Source: Octopus bimaculoides
Lineage: Eukaryota
Length of the DNA: 64,000 nucleotides
Reading direction: 5' to 3'
Assembly (NCBI RefSeq): GCF_001194135.2
Contig: NC_068981.1
Span: 141,562,736-141,626,735 of the forward strand
Below, piece after piece: positions 1 through 13,095 of this stretch. The first letter of the stretch is position 1. Each line of letters starts with the position of its first letter. The position numbers and the translations under genes are program-made. Under the pieces are notes generated by a model that worked only from the letters and a program-made list of their open reading frames with translations, had not been told where the DNA came from and did no database searches.

Positions 1-275
1 AATCCTCTTAAAGGGATGTCAGCATCCAAGTTCCCCAGTTTTATCGAGTGTATTGGTGAAAAACCAAAGATGTTAGCTTCGCATTGATGGATATAGGTAT
101 AGTATGTTTGATATTTTATGTATGGGGAAATTAATTTAATTTAATTTCTGAAATTGATTTAACTTGGCATGGAAGCCATTGTGGGTGAAATTGAGTTTGA
201 TAATGTTCAGAATTGTAATACTTTCTAATAAATTCATGTCTATATGTCAGTTTTTCCTTTTACTTTTTCTTTTTC

Positions 276-922
276 CCGACATGTGTGATAATACCTCTTT
301 CCAAGTGCACATTACCAGAATGGCGGAAAAGTGCAGACGACTGAATAGATGGATTCAAAGAACATTCAAAACCAGAGAAAAGGAAACCATATGGTCCTCT
401 GGAGGACTTTCGTCCTCAGCCGTTACTGCTTGTAGCTTTGGCCACCTAGCAGTGTAAAGTTAACAGGAGACCTTGAAGCAATCCAGCGAAGCTGCACAAA
501 GGAAATCGTCTCATTGCACCAGTTCATCTACTGGGAAAGGATGAAATAGCTAAGACTCTACTCCCTGGAGCGAAGGCGGGAGATGTATGCAGTAATATAA
601 ATCTGGAAGATCCTGGAAGGAAATGTGCCACATTTGGCATTGAAAGCTACACCAATACCAGAACGGGTCGACACTCCACAGTGCCAAAGATCCCAGCAAT
701 GCCATCGCGCTTGAAGACCAGATACTGCAACAACCTGGGTTTCAGAGGCCCACAGGTTTTCAATATTCTGCCAAAGAGCCTGAGGAACCTGCACAAAGTG
801 GATGTAGGCGATCTCAAATCAAGGCTGGACCTCTTCCTGTCGAGAGTCCTAGATGACGGCAAGTGGTGCAAATGAGGGTAGCTACATCTAACACCATTCT
901 TCACGAAAGTGCCACGTACTAG
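276..922 (+). mobile_element. CR1/L2-group LINE, 3' remnant (post-RT C-terminal region, pseudogenised)
   Basis: Frameshifted and stopped translation HITRMAEKCRRLNRWIQRTFKTRE / MVLWRTFVLSR..LWPP..DLEAIQRS..YWERMK*LRLYSLERRRE..IWKILEG / RGPQVFNILPKSLRNLH..KSRLDLFLSRV matches the typical CR1-type ORF2 C-terminus. Confidence 0.8.
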
Positions 923-1225
923 NNNNNNNNNNNNNNNNNNNNNNNNNNNNNNNNNNNNNNNNNNNNNNNNNNNNNNNNNNNNNNNNNNNNNNNNNNNNNN
1001 NNNNNNNNNNNNNNNNNNNNNNAAATACATAGAAAAGTCAATATAAAAGATGTAGATATGAAAGGAGAAAAGCAAATGCAATGGAGATACATATAAAATA
1101 TAAAATATATTAAAAAAAAATTAAAAAACGATGTGTAAAAAACACATAAATACGATGTGTAAAAACACATAAAGATACATAAAAAGTAAATATAAAAATA
1201 TATAAAAAGTAAATATATATAAAAA

Positions 1226-1256
<31 letters not shown>

Positions 1257-1346
1257 AAAAAAGAAATGCATATAAAGATATGCACACACACAGCACAGCA
1301 CAACAACACGCGCACACTGAATTTAAACACACACAAAAACAAACAT

Positions 1347-1612
1347 TGTCGGGTGGACGTTACTACACAGTAGTTGTTACGTCCTTTCGACGAGTCTTAT
1401 TTTTCATCCCGCAGGATGCCAACAATCACCCTCCTCACCAAGCGAGCTTGGTGGGGTTGCCAGNNNNNNNNNNATGCCAACAATCACCCTCCTCACCAAG
1501 CGAGCTTGGTGGGGTTGCCAGTTTAGTCGCCGACGACCCGACCATGAAACAGGTTGTACTGCATCACATGTTACCAGTAGCGCTCAAGAATACTTATAAG
1601 AGCGACCTGACA
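1347..1612. mobile_element. LTR-like repeat (TG...CA termini), possible solo LTR
   Basis: Starts TGTCGGGT and ends ACCTGACA (7/8 inverted match). No TSD seen. Contains a 48-bp duplication across a 10-N gap. Confidence 0.35.
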
Positions 1613-2461
1613 TAATATACACATATATATACATATATACGGTTTGTGTTTCATTCTAATCTTTGTGTTCGGTCTTAACACCTCGACTTTGATCTAAACT
1701 GCGATCCTAGCGAGCTCCACTAGAGAGTACCTCACGCTACAGATGTCCGTCGTTAAGCATAGTACGTTGGAATCACTCGGGCAATCGTTATATATCACTG
1801 ATAGTAGACGAGCACTGTATTTAGGATTATAACCACGTAAAGATGGTTACTTAGTCCGTTTGTAGAGAAACTTATACAGCTCGGAACACTCATACATAAA
1901 TACGTATGTGCGCATACGTACAAACGCACGCACACATACACTTTTTAAAATCGTCTTTCGTGTACAGATATAAACAATTATTCACACACTCACAAGCACA
2001 GATATAGCTATACACAAATAATGATGCGTTTAAAACAATACGGAACAAAACAATTACTATAAAATTTCAGGAAAATACAATTTAGAAGTATTCGTATTCT
2101 ATTTCATGGCTGAAATATTTAATAAGTTTACTCGCTCGCAATTTTTTGCAATTGACAAAATATATTGTACACATAACGTTATACTTCGTTCTCCTTTCTC
2201 AATTTCCCATTTAAGTTTTAAATTATAACAACATGTAATTTATTTTACAGATTAAAATATGACCAACCAGACATTATGTTTTGTCATTTAAATTTTTAAA
2301 CTTTATGTTTTGTGCAATACCTAGACATGAAAAAAAGCACCAGAACTCTTTAAACATTTACCAGGTTCGTTACACTGAATGCAATACTAATATGCCGTTA
2401 GTTTCTGAATAAATACAAATATTAAGAGAAACACAATATACATATGTGTAGTATGTATGTA

Positions 2462-2512
<51 letters not shown>

Positions 2513-3634
2513 ATGTATGTATATGTATACATGTCTCTTAAAAGATAGAGCTCAAAATCAATGCATTGAAGATACTTTATTGCAGCAACAATTATAATAA
2601 CAGAAACAACCACATTCTGTTATTANNNNNNNNNNNNNNNNNNNNNNNNNNNNNNNNNNNNNNNNNNNNNNNNNNNNNNNNNNNNNNNNNNNNNNNNNNN
2701 NNNNNNNNNNNNNNNNNNNNNNNNNNNNNNNNNNNNNNNNNNNNNNNNNNNNNNNNNNNNNNNNNNNNNNNNNNNNNNNNNNNNNNNNNNNNNNNNNNNN
2801 NNNNNNNNNNNNNNNNNNNNNNNNNNNNNNNNNNNNNNNNNNNNNNNNNNNNNNNNNNNNNNNNNNNNNNNNNNNNNNNNNNNNNNNNNNNNNNNNNNNN
2901 NNNNNNNNNNNNNNNNNNNNNNNNNNNNNNNNNNNNNNNNNNNNNNNNNNNNNNNNNNNNNNNNNNNNNNNNNNNNNNNNNNNNNNNNNNNNNNNNNNNN
3001 NNNNNNNNNNNNNNNNNNNNNNNNNNNNNNNNNNNNNNNNNNNNNNNNNNNNNNNNNNNNACGTCTGCTTGTGAATTATGTTCACGAGGCATCTTGCCCA
3101 CGCAAATATTTATACCTATTATTCTTATCATAAAATAATCATATGCTTCTTATATATTTAATGGATACTACAATCGTTTTCATATTTGTAATACTTCTAT
3201 TAATGTGCTATAGTTCGTAGTTAATAAGCTATATTTTTCGGACGAAATACTTGTGGTATTTGAATTAGGATATCAGTAATGCTATAAATATATTTGAATT
3301 GAGATTATTGTACCAGCGTCTTCATGAACAATTCGGGCTTCAATTCTTCCACATTATTTAGATAAATAACTGAAGCATGGCAGTATGATAGAAATATTGC
3401 TTTCCAATCATATGATTCTGGAAATCAGTCTTACTTCGTAACATCTTAGGTAAATGTCTTCTTTCCTGGACTGATTTTAGCCTTTTAAGTGGATTGTGTA
3501 GATGGAAACTGTCAGAAGCACGACGTATGTGTGAGTGCATGCGTGAATGAATGCATATGTCTGTGTGTGCGTGCGTGTGTATGTGTACCTGCGTGCGTGT
3601 GCGTATGTGTGTGTGTGAGTGTATGTGTCTTGTA

Positions 3635-3813
3635 TGTGTTTGTCTCCCAAACTGCTTGAAAGCCGGTGTTGATTTGTTATGTCCACGAAATATAGCGGTT
3701 CGGCAGAAGAGGGCCAATAGAATAAGTAGCAGTTTTTACAAATAACCATTGGGGTGGATTAGGTCGAATAAAATGCTTCAAAGCTGTGCCCCAGCATGGC
3801 CACAGTCCATGCT

Positions 3814-3815
<2 letters not shown>
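3635..3815 (+). mobile_element. tRNA-derived SINE family A, 3' body
   Basis: gcggttcggcagaag..aatagaataagta..gctgtgccccagcatggcc; the reverse complement recurs at 33400 and 35020. Confidence 0.7.
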
Positions 3816-3880
<65 letters not shown>

Positions 3881-3920
3881 TCATATACATTAATGTATGT
3901 GTATATAATTCTATTATTGA

Positions 3921-4128
3921 TTTCAGATTTTTGGTACAAGAGCAGCAATTTGTACGGTGGGATTAAGTCGATTTCATCGATCCCAATCGATTGGTATTTA
4001 TTTTATAGACCCCAAGCAATGAAAGCCAAAGTCGTCCTCGGTGGAACTTGAATGTTGATGCAAAGATGGGCGAAAGGCCGCTAATCCTTTTTCACGGTCT
4101 GCTAACAATTCTGTCGTTTCGCCTCCTA
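3921..4128 (-). mobile_element. SINE family B copy (diverged)
   Basis: Reverse complement of the element at 41213 and 49678 (aaggcgg..cagaatcgttagc..ttcaaattccgccgaggtcgactt..aagtacc..gtcgatgtaatcgactt). Confidence 0.7.
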
Positions 4129-4621
4129 ATGCACCGATATATATTGAGATGACATGTGAGGTACGTATATGATAATGGTTATAAATATAATATTTCCATA
4201 CGCAAGTAACTGAATTTTATTAACATCAAACGTCTGTGTGACAAACTGCCAGGTTTCCAATGGGAATATTTACAAAAGGACATCTGTTTCTTATATAGGA
4301 ATTGTACAGAATAAGACGGACGTATAGGCGTATAGATTATTCACATGTGCCAGAAGATCAAATGTCAGCAACTGGAAAAACTACGAAGTGATTGTTTTCA
4401 ACAGAGGCAGGAAAATTTCCTGATCTGTAACAAATATATTCTAATGAGCAGAACCCAGCATGATGTCTTTAATGGAATTCATTAAGTCTTAGTAAGTCAC
4501 CAGTGAAGCTCAAGCGATTCTCTTAGCCCCACTTCTATTCTTAGTATAAATAATTGACACATCAAGTGTAGTCAACGGCATTAGATTTCAGAGATGACAC
4601 CATTATTCAAAAGTATCATAT

Positions 4622-4865
4622 GGAGCATATGTGACTGTATGGTAAGAAGTTTGATTCACATTCACATGTTTATGGGTTTAGTACCAGTGTGTGGAACATT
4701 GGGCAAGTATCTTGTACCATACCCTCGGGGTGACGAACATTTTGTGAGTGTAGTTGGGTTGACAGATATTGAAAGAAGGCCGACGTATATTTGTCTGTTT
4801 GTGTATGCGTGTGTGTGTGGGGGGGAGTTATGTGTGCGTGTTTGCTTTCGTCCGCTAATTGTTCT
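4622..4865 (+). mobile_element. SINE family A, tRNA-like head and body
   Basis: gtgactgtatggtaagaagtttg (A-box-like), ggtttagtacc (B-box-like), ttgggcaagt, gaaagaaggcc; homologous to 11890-12045. Confidence 0.65.
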
Positions 4866-5072
4866 TTACTTCTTCATAGAGTTACTGATATAAACCTAAG
4901 CATTTACTTGGACCGCAGAAGGGCGGGACTGTTTTTCAGTGATTCGTAATAGGATTCTATGCATTATAGAAGGCACGTTCTTAATGTGTATGCTACGTGT
5001 ACATTTCAATGTAAACGTTCGACTGGCTGTTGACTTCATTATCATGTACATACAAAATGTATAAATATATGC

Positions 5073-5110
<38 letters not shown>

Positions 5111-6279
5111 TGGGAAAGGCCAGAACAATGTAAAGTAAATGCAAGGCAATACAGAAGAAACAAATACGTGAATAAATGTAGTCATACCTTCCATTCAATA
5201 TTTCGGCGTTATGACAGCCTTTTCAAGAAATTAACGAATGTTGCCGATGTACGTGTGTGTGAGAGTTGGTGGAGTACACACAAGCTCACACAGAGAGATT
5301 TAGAAATATATATANNNNNNNNNNNNNNNNNNNNNNNNNNNNNNNNNNNNNNNNNNNNNNNNNNNNNNNNNNNNNNNNNNNNNNNNNNNNNNNNNNNNNN
5401 NNNNNNNNNNNNNNNNNNNNNNNNNNNNNNNNNNNNNNNNNNNNNNNNNNNNNNNNNNNNNNNNNNNNNNNNNNNNNNNNNNNNNNNNNNNNNNNNNNNN
5501 NNNNNNNNNNNNNNNNNNNNNNNNNNNNNNNNNNNNNNNNNNNNNNNNNNNNNNNNNNNNNNNNNNNNNNNNNNNNNNNNNNNNNNNNNNNNNNNNNNNN
5601 NNNNNNNNNNNNNNNNNNNNNNNNNNNNNNNNNNNNNNNNNNNNNNNNNNNNNNNNNNNNNNNNNNNNNNNNNNNNNNNNNNNNNNNNNNNNNNNNNNNN
5701 NNNNNNNNNNNNNNNNNNNNNNNNNNNNNNNNNNNNNNNNNNNNNNNNNNNNNNNNNNNNNNNNNNNNNNNNNNNNNNNNNNNNNNNNNNNNNNNNNNNN
5801 NNNNNNNNNNNNNNNNNNNNNNNNNNNNNNNNNNNNNNNNNNNNNNNNNNNNNNNNNNNNNNNNNNNNNNNNNNNNNNNNNNNNNNNNNNNNNNNNNNNN
5901 NNNNNNNNNNNNNNNNNNNNNNNNNNNNNNNNNNNNNNNNNNNNNNNNNNNNNNNNNNNNNNNNNNNNNNNNNNNNNNNNNNNNNNNNNNNNNNNNNNNN
6001 NNNNNNNNNNNNNNNNNNNNNNNNNNNNNNNNNNNNNNNNNNNNNNNNNNNNNNNNNNNNNNNNNNNNNNNNNNNNNNNNNNNNNNNNNNNNNNNNNATA
6101 TATATACAACGAGAGCGTGTGACACATTGAATTAAAATTTCTTTGGGTTCAAAACGGTAGAAAAGACTTTCTATCCGTGCAAGATATTTTCTACCCAGTT
6201 ATTATAAGTTATTATTAAGAGCTGAATTCTTCTCTGCTTACACATGTATACTACACTCATGTGGTATATAATCTTTCTA

Positions 6280-6480
6280 AAACAGGTACAAGTACTGAAA
6301 TTTTGGGGGATGGGACTTGTCAATTACATCTCTTCTAGGCATTATCTGGTACTTATTTTATCGACAATGAAATTGAGTTTGCTGGAATTTGAATTCTGAA
6401 CCAGAAGCAATATCTTTAAGCATTTGCGGGAAACAGATTACTTAGCAAAGTGCTAAAGATTATGTTAGCTCGCCGCCTTA
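6280..6480 (-). mobile_element. SINE family B copy (diverged)
   Basis: Ends ..gctcgccgcctta, the reverse complement of the family head; contains ctggtacttattttatcgac. Confidence 0.65.
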
Positions 6481-8633
6481 TATAATTTATATTTGAAGCT
6501 GTCTTACGTTCCTATGAATGCGTGAAACCGATTTCGTTTCAATTAACAACGATAACAAATTAGAACTTTAAAAATTGTCACAAAACTTAAGTAGATAAGG
6601 TGCATTTGTGTCAACACACACACAAACACACAGAGATACTTTTGTAGATATAGTAAACAACTTCCGTTTTTGATATTTTGATATTTTAAATTAAAAAGCT
6701 TCCTTATGTTTGTTAGATTTTTCTACTTCTTTCCCGTCTACCTCTCTGGTAGTTTTGAATTTAATGGCGAAATTTATGAACTATGTTTTGCAAAATAACA
6801 TGCAAGTATCTCTTACGGAAACATGAACCAAGTCTAATTGAAATCATTAAACAGTCACATATTCGTAATTTATCAATAAACACGCAAACACATAAATATG
6901 TGTAAAGTATTGGAAACATTTAGTCATTGGGAATAAAACTAGAGTTGTATTTCTACTGTTAGTCTTGATATATTTAATTCAAAGACTATAAAACTGATTA
7001 GGTTATCATAGTACTGACAGGGAAATGCAATATTTCTCAGTGATTAATGTTGTTTTTAGAATTTCAAAATGAATAGGAAATCATCCCGGAGATAGTTGGG
7101 TCATGTACGGATTTCACCATGAATGAATTATCGTCGTGGAACTTGCTTAAGTAGGCTAGGGAATATAACCGAATAAATGCACAAATGGTTCATTGGTTAA
7201 GAAAAACAGACATAAAGAATTCTGAGACTCCCTGTGGTTGGGGAAAAACAATGAAGCAAATGCGAGCATATTTAATCCTTTTTTTTCAAAGAAGAAAGGT
7301 GACATTTTATGAATCTTTACAGGGATGCATATATCTCTGTTAGGGAGGTAGGAAGTTATACTAGAACTAAATATGTGAACAGGTTTTGGTAAATGATTGG
7401 CCTTCACTAACATCATGAAATGTCCTGACATTGATGCTAAATTGAGTAAACGATTGCATGTGTACTACACATGTAGGTCAAGGCAAGACTTAAACTGGAA
7501 ACTTAAAATATGAGAAGAAATATCACGGCAGATGTTCGTGTTCAATTATCTAATTTGTCTAGCAGTCAGCGCTTACGCTCAAAAGCGAAGTTGATCATAA
7601 TGTAAGATATTCAAACATTTCGGCACTGATATTTAATCGGCTAACTTAAAATAATTCTATGAGAAAGAAAATACTAGACTGGTCAATGACTTCAATTTTA
7701 CCAGCATTTCCAGAAAGCTGCTTCTTAATATTTCTTCCATTAGTAAAATTAGACTACATACTACAGTTACCGCAAATTCGGTCGGTCTTGTTTGGCTTCT
7801 TTGAAAATTAAGAAGAATATACTACCACATGTCGTAAACACATTTTCATTTCGTCGCATTACCAAGAATTTTCATACTAAACAAATATAAATACTCCTCT
7901 ATACATTACAATTCTACAATTAGTATGCTGGAAGTTTTAATTTTTAATTCAATTCCTCTTCAATTTCATGACAAAACAAAATGAATGTTTTCTTTACATG
8001 TTTACTTTCTAACGGAGTTAGAACAACGGGTATACGTGCTTTGCCAGAAAATATTTTCCTTGCGTACAATATGCTTCTTGTTGGCGTCATCGGATCATCC
8101 AATAAGGAAATATGTTCACCTAGAATTTTCAGTGAGACTCTGGAAGACTTTTACTTTGGTATTCTTTTATTCTGTCAAGATGTGAGGGAAATTGAAAACA
8201 TTATATTACACTTGCAAGAGGATTGCGTACGCTAATCAATATTTAAGTGAATGAATGTGGAGTATTATATATATAGTTGGATATTCCTATCATACATGAG
8301 GATTTACCGGGATATGTATTCCAATTACATTTACTGGAATCTGATTGTTGAACATTTAACCAAATTCTTCTAATACTGAGTACTTTATTGATATCTGCCA
8401 GGATTTTTAATCTCATTTTTTTCTTCTATCGGAACTGCAGTCGCAAACTTTGCATCTGTGCTCTACACACGCGCACGTGCACACACACTCTCACACATAC
8501 AAATATATGTATATATATATATATAAATTCATAAGAGTGGTACGACAACGCACCGATATTTACTGGACTATTACAGGGCTATTTTTTGCTGGAAATTAAT
8601 ACATTTGTATTAATACATTTGTATTGAAATATT

Positions 8634-8670
<37 letters not shown>

Positions 8671-9671
8671 TGTCTATATGCATAATGCATTCATATATTA
8701 CATCATAATATATAAAGCAACATCTCCATGTAACATTTTAAACAGGTAAAGAACAGGTGTGATAATACATCGGTCGTGATGCATCTAACTAAAATTGATC
8801 GATGAGGTATATTTTGAAAATAACATTCAAATCTGTAGAGAAATTAGGAGTGCTTTTAACGAGCATGCTATAAGGGAAGAGATCAAATATTAATTCAAAA
8901 CACCTATCTAAACAAGTTTATAGTTAATATTTGCTTCGAGAACGTACAAGTATCACAGACATGCTGTAGACATGAGTTGATTTTATCTCTTGAGACAAAG
9001 AAAACAACCCTCAAGGCAGCAGAAGCCATAAGACAACAGTCATCTATCTTATTGCCTTGTTCATTTAATCAGAAATAACATAGGTATATACGTATTGAAA
9101 CTCACACTCTTAGATACTCGCACGCGCATACGCACGCACATACATACATACATACATACACAAATAAAGACACACACACACACGTACATACTCATATGCA
9201 TATACATATATACTTAGGTACATTTACATAAATATATTTACATATAAACTCATTCATACATTCATGTACATATACATTCAAATACATACATTCGCGCACA
9301 CACAGGGAGCCGTTGGCAAAATGTGACTTATCATTTAAATAATATATACATGTTATTTAAATATTTTAATAATGGTTAAATGAGACGAGTCTACTGAACT
9401 TCGTTTAAAGGATATGTTTGAACACAAACTAAGACGCTAAAGATAAACAGTAAAATTCAAACCTCTTTCATAACTGGTTTAAAGTTGGAAAATATGTTTC
9501 TAATGTCACGCGAGAATTTCGCTCTAAATTAATTAAAGGATGATGTCTGAACATTTATGTATTTCCCATAATGAAACCCAGCAAATAATACCTACATACC
9601 AATCGTTGGAATAGGGTAATGTGCATATCATTATGTTCCATAGAGTTCGTAACCGTTTTTTTTTTGTTTTT

Positions 9672-10139
9672 TCGCCAGAAGAACTGATGTTGGCAAGGAA
9701 GGTGAAATTAGTCGCTGATTAAGTGTTACCTGGCTAGGAAAGAAAAAGTACTTGGAAGGACAAACCAGAAGTTTTCAAACTTGGTGATAAGGTGTACATG
9801 AGGTCGTATAAAAACTAAAAACACCACTGGGAAAAATGAAAATTACCAAGTACATAAAGAAAAATGACGTACGGAATTAAAAGCAGAAAAAGTATTGAAA
9901 AAAGGCACAGAAACAAGTTGAAGAAGAGATTGTACTAGAAAATGAACCAGACAGATTAGAAGAACTTATGGAATGAATGTATGACAAATTGCGGGTACCA
10001 ATACCGTTTACAGGTGTTTGAACCTACACGTATAAGTGGAACAAAACGGAAGAACAAATGATTCCTTCAAACAGACACCAAAGAGAAACAAATTAAGTTG
10101 GAGAAAAAAACGTTAAGGATAAAACACTAAAAGGGGAGA
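9672..10139 (+). mobile_element. Gypsy/Ty3 LTR retrotransposon: integrase C-terminal remnant and polypurine tract
   Basis: SPEELMLARKVK..FKLGDKVYMRSYKN*KHHWEK..MTYGIK..KRHRNKLKKR (GPY/F-region-type integrase tail), followed by PPT AAAAGGGGAGA (10129-10139) abutting TGTTGTAG. Confidence 0.8.
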
Positions 10140-10423
10140 TGTTGTAGTGAAAATGGTACTCCGCTTCCCACACGACAAATTAGTATGAGTAGCCACTCTA
10201 AAGTCAGACAGTCAGTCGTAATAGGAAGTTAGTAGTAATAGGGTCGTTGTTCGAGTTCTCAAGTTAGAGTCAGTGTCATTTACGTGATACATACGAGTTC
10301 GAGTTGCTGTGAAGGTCGACTTTTCAAAGTCATCGTCTTGCGAAGCTATCGGCAATAGCACGAAAGACGAGGCAACTAGAATAAGACGCAGAATACCGCC
10401 GAAACATAATACTAGCGACAACA
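10140..10423 (+). mobile_element. 3' LTR of the Gypsy element
   Basis: Starts TGTTGT directly after the PPT. The inverted ACAACA ends at 10423. The right boundary could alternatively be 10431 or 10446. Confidence 0.6.
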
Positions 10424-10507
10424 ATATTACAGTGCCGACGATAACATACGATCTGGACGAGGATCCACATTCTAACCCACACCCACACGCACATACACAC
10501 ACACACA

Positions 10508-10548
<41 letters not shown>

Positions 10549-10713
10549 GTATATATATATGTATGTATATGTGTATATATATGTGTGTATGTATATATGC
10601 ATATATATATATATATATATTGATAGAAAAGGTAAGACAACAAAAAGAAAGAGACCTCGATATTATGTAAACAGAGAAATTTATGAATTTATTCGTAAAT
10701 AATATGTGACAAT

Positions 10714-10789
<76 letters not shown>

Positions 10790-11046
10790 NNNNNNNNNNN
10801 NNNNNNNNNNNNNNNNNNNNNNNNNNNNNNNNNNNNNNNNNNNNNNNNNNNNNNNNNNNNNNNNNNNNNNNNNNNNNNNNNNNNNNNNNNNNNNNNNNNN
10901 NNNNNNNNNNNNNNNNNNNNNNNNNNNNNNNNNNNNNNNNNNNNNNNNNNNNNNNNNNNNNNNNNNCATATATATACACCCACACATAGATATATATATA
11001 TATGTGTGTGTGTGTGTGTATGTGTGTGTGTGTGTGTGTGTGTGTA

Positions 11047-11087
<41 letters not shown>

Positions 11088-11889
11088 TATTGTACAGACA
11101 GAATAAATTCTCTCCCTGATATTGTCCAATATCACAATACACATTAACTTTAGTGCCAATTTTAGTTCAAGAAATAATCAGGTATCAGCAGGATTATATT
11201 TATGTCGAAGATTACTGCATACTTGGCATCATTGGTGTCTTAGTTGTGAATGTGTGTGGCACTTCTCTCACATACTTTGAATGTTAAATTCATTCTGATC
11301 AATTTAAAATTTCGTACAGGGTCACGTTCGTAGTAACCTTTCTATATCGATATAGCTTAGGCAATCTATCAATTATTAATTCCCAGAACATTTCTGCATT
11401 TCCAACGCATTCCCTATACAGTTAATTTTCCAAAATTTTGACATCCACTAATAGTCAAATCCCTCAACATTAAATATCAACGTATCTGGTTGTTCTTATT
11501 AAAACAAAATTGTCTCTATTATGCTTTCAATAATATTTGTGCTCTTCTACGTTGCAAAAGCGTTAATCGGCAGAATCTTACTATTACACTGACAAAATGT
11601 TTTCGAAAGAGCCCTGCTACTTCCTCGTCACTTCTCTCCATTTTTCTCAGTGCATTTCCATCTTATTCTCGTTCCCACACTCATAAAGTATATACCTAAG
11701 TACAGTTGTTCATGTATAATACAAGAAAGTATTTGTTAAATCGTGCACCTCCCCTGTTGTCTTGTTCAGTACTCTTTGCCTTCCAATAGGTGTTTATCTA
11801 TCTCTCTATCCCGCCTCTCACTGTCTATATATATGTAGATATGTGCGCGTGTGTGAATGTGTGTGTGTGTGTGTGTGTATGTGTGTATA

Positions 11890-12045
11890 AAACGGCGTGA
11901 AGAAGCTTGCTTCCGAACAATATGGTTCCCGATTCAGTCCCTCTTCGTGTAACTGTCTTGTACAATAGACCCAGGTCGACCAGGAACTTATTAGTGTATT
12001 TCGTAGACAGAAACTGAAAGAAGCCCATCGCATATATTCATATAT
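11890..12045 (+). mobile_element. SINE family A, head and body
   Basis: aagaagcttgcttcc..tggttcccgattcagtccc..gtagacagaaactgaaagaagccc. Confidence 0.7.
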
Positions 12046-12421
12046 ATATANNNNNNNNNNNNNNNNNNNNNNNNNNNNNNNNNNNNNNNNNNNNNNNNNN
12101 NNNNNNNNNNNNNNNNNNNNNNNNNNNNNNNNNNNNNNNNNNNNNNNNNNNNNNNNNNNNNNNNNNNNNNNNNNNNNNNNNNNNNNNNNNNNNNNNNNNN
12201 NNNNNNNNNNNNNNNNNNNNNNNNNNNNNNNNNNNNNNNNNNNNNNNNNNNNNNNNNNNNNNNNNNNNNNNNNNNNNNNNNNNNNNNNNNNNNNNNNNNN
12301 NNNNNNNNNNNNNNNNNNNNNNNNNNNNNNNNNNNNNNNNNNNNNNNNNNNNNNNNNNNNNNNNNNNNNNNNNNNNNNNNNNNNNNNNNNNNNNNNNNNN
12401 NNNNNNNNNNNNNNNNNNNNN

Positions 12422-12454
<33 letters not shown>

Positions 12455-12809
12455 CATATATATATATACATATATACATATATACATATATATATATAGC
12501 TATATATGTGTACATATATATATATAAATACATATATATATATATACATATTTATAAATACATATATAACCATATATATGCATAGATAGATAGATAGATG
12601 ATTCAGAATCAAGGTGCAGAATTGTCGTATTGAAGAAGGTAATGAAGAAGGTAATGAAGAAGGTAATGTAATTCGATAGGAGAAAGAATTCCGCCAGTTA
12701 GGTCAGTTAGAAAGCTGAGGGTCCTGATGAGCATGCGATAAATAGTAAATTGAGGAGGACGTGGTACATGTAAAGTATTAGCAGACACTCAAGGAAGAAA
12801 AGGAAGATG

Positions 12810-12844
12810 GTTTACCGTTTCGAGCAGAGCTCTTCTTCAGAAAC
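12810..12844 (-). ncRNA. Minimal type I hammerhead ribozyme-like motif (U16.1 mutated)
   Basis: Minus strand: GUUU CUGAAGA A GAGC-UCU-GCUC GAAAC GGU AAAC. Stem I GUUU/AAAC, 4-bp stem II, both core halves intact. Confidence 0.7.
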
Positions 12845-12940
12845 AGAGGAATGTCCAATAGAAAAGGTAAACGGAGGGAGAAAATTCCCAACGATTGACA
12901 TGTGGTTCCTCATTCTTCCTTTTCTGTTTAGCTTCTCCGC

Positions 12941-12975
12941 GTTTCTGAAGTAGAGCTCTGCTTGATACGTTAAAC
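12941..12975 (+). ncRNA. Minimal type I hammerhead ribozyme-like motif (core A9 and A14 mutated)
   Basis: GUUU CUGAAGU A GAGC-UCU-GCUU GAUAC GUU AAAC; homolog of the 12810-12844 motif. Confidence 0.6.
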
Positions 12976-13055
12976 CATCTTTCGTTCCTTCCCTAACCGT
13001 CTGCTTATACTTTACGTGTACCAATTTCTCGCATTGTTTTCTATCTCTCTATCTC

Positions 13056-13095
<40 letters not shown>

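Larger units (their letters stand above)
12762..13023. repeat. Imperfect fold-back (about 105-bp arms, about 50-nt spacer) of Penelope pLTR-like sequence
   Basis: 12762-12868 aligns to the reverse complement of 12918-13023 at roughly 75% by eye. Each arm carries a hammerhead-like motif. Confidence 0.8.

Noticed and set aside
1416-1521. Exact 48-bp tandem duplication
   Set aside because: The identical copies straddle a 10-N gap, the signature of unmerged overlapping contig ends.
5030-6135. Long ORFs spanning N-runs (also near 13242, 17049, 38800 and 56909)
   Set aside because: They are open only because Ns contain no stop codons.
7981-8235. ORF with LRR-like phrase TGIRALPENIF
   Set aside because: A single short resemblance with no repeat periodicity and no convincing splice sites or partner exons.
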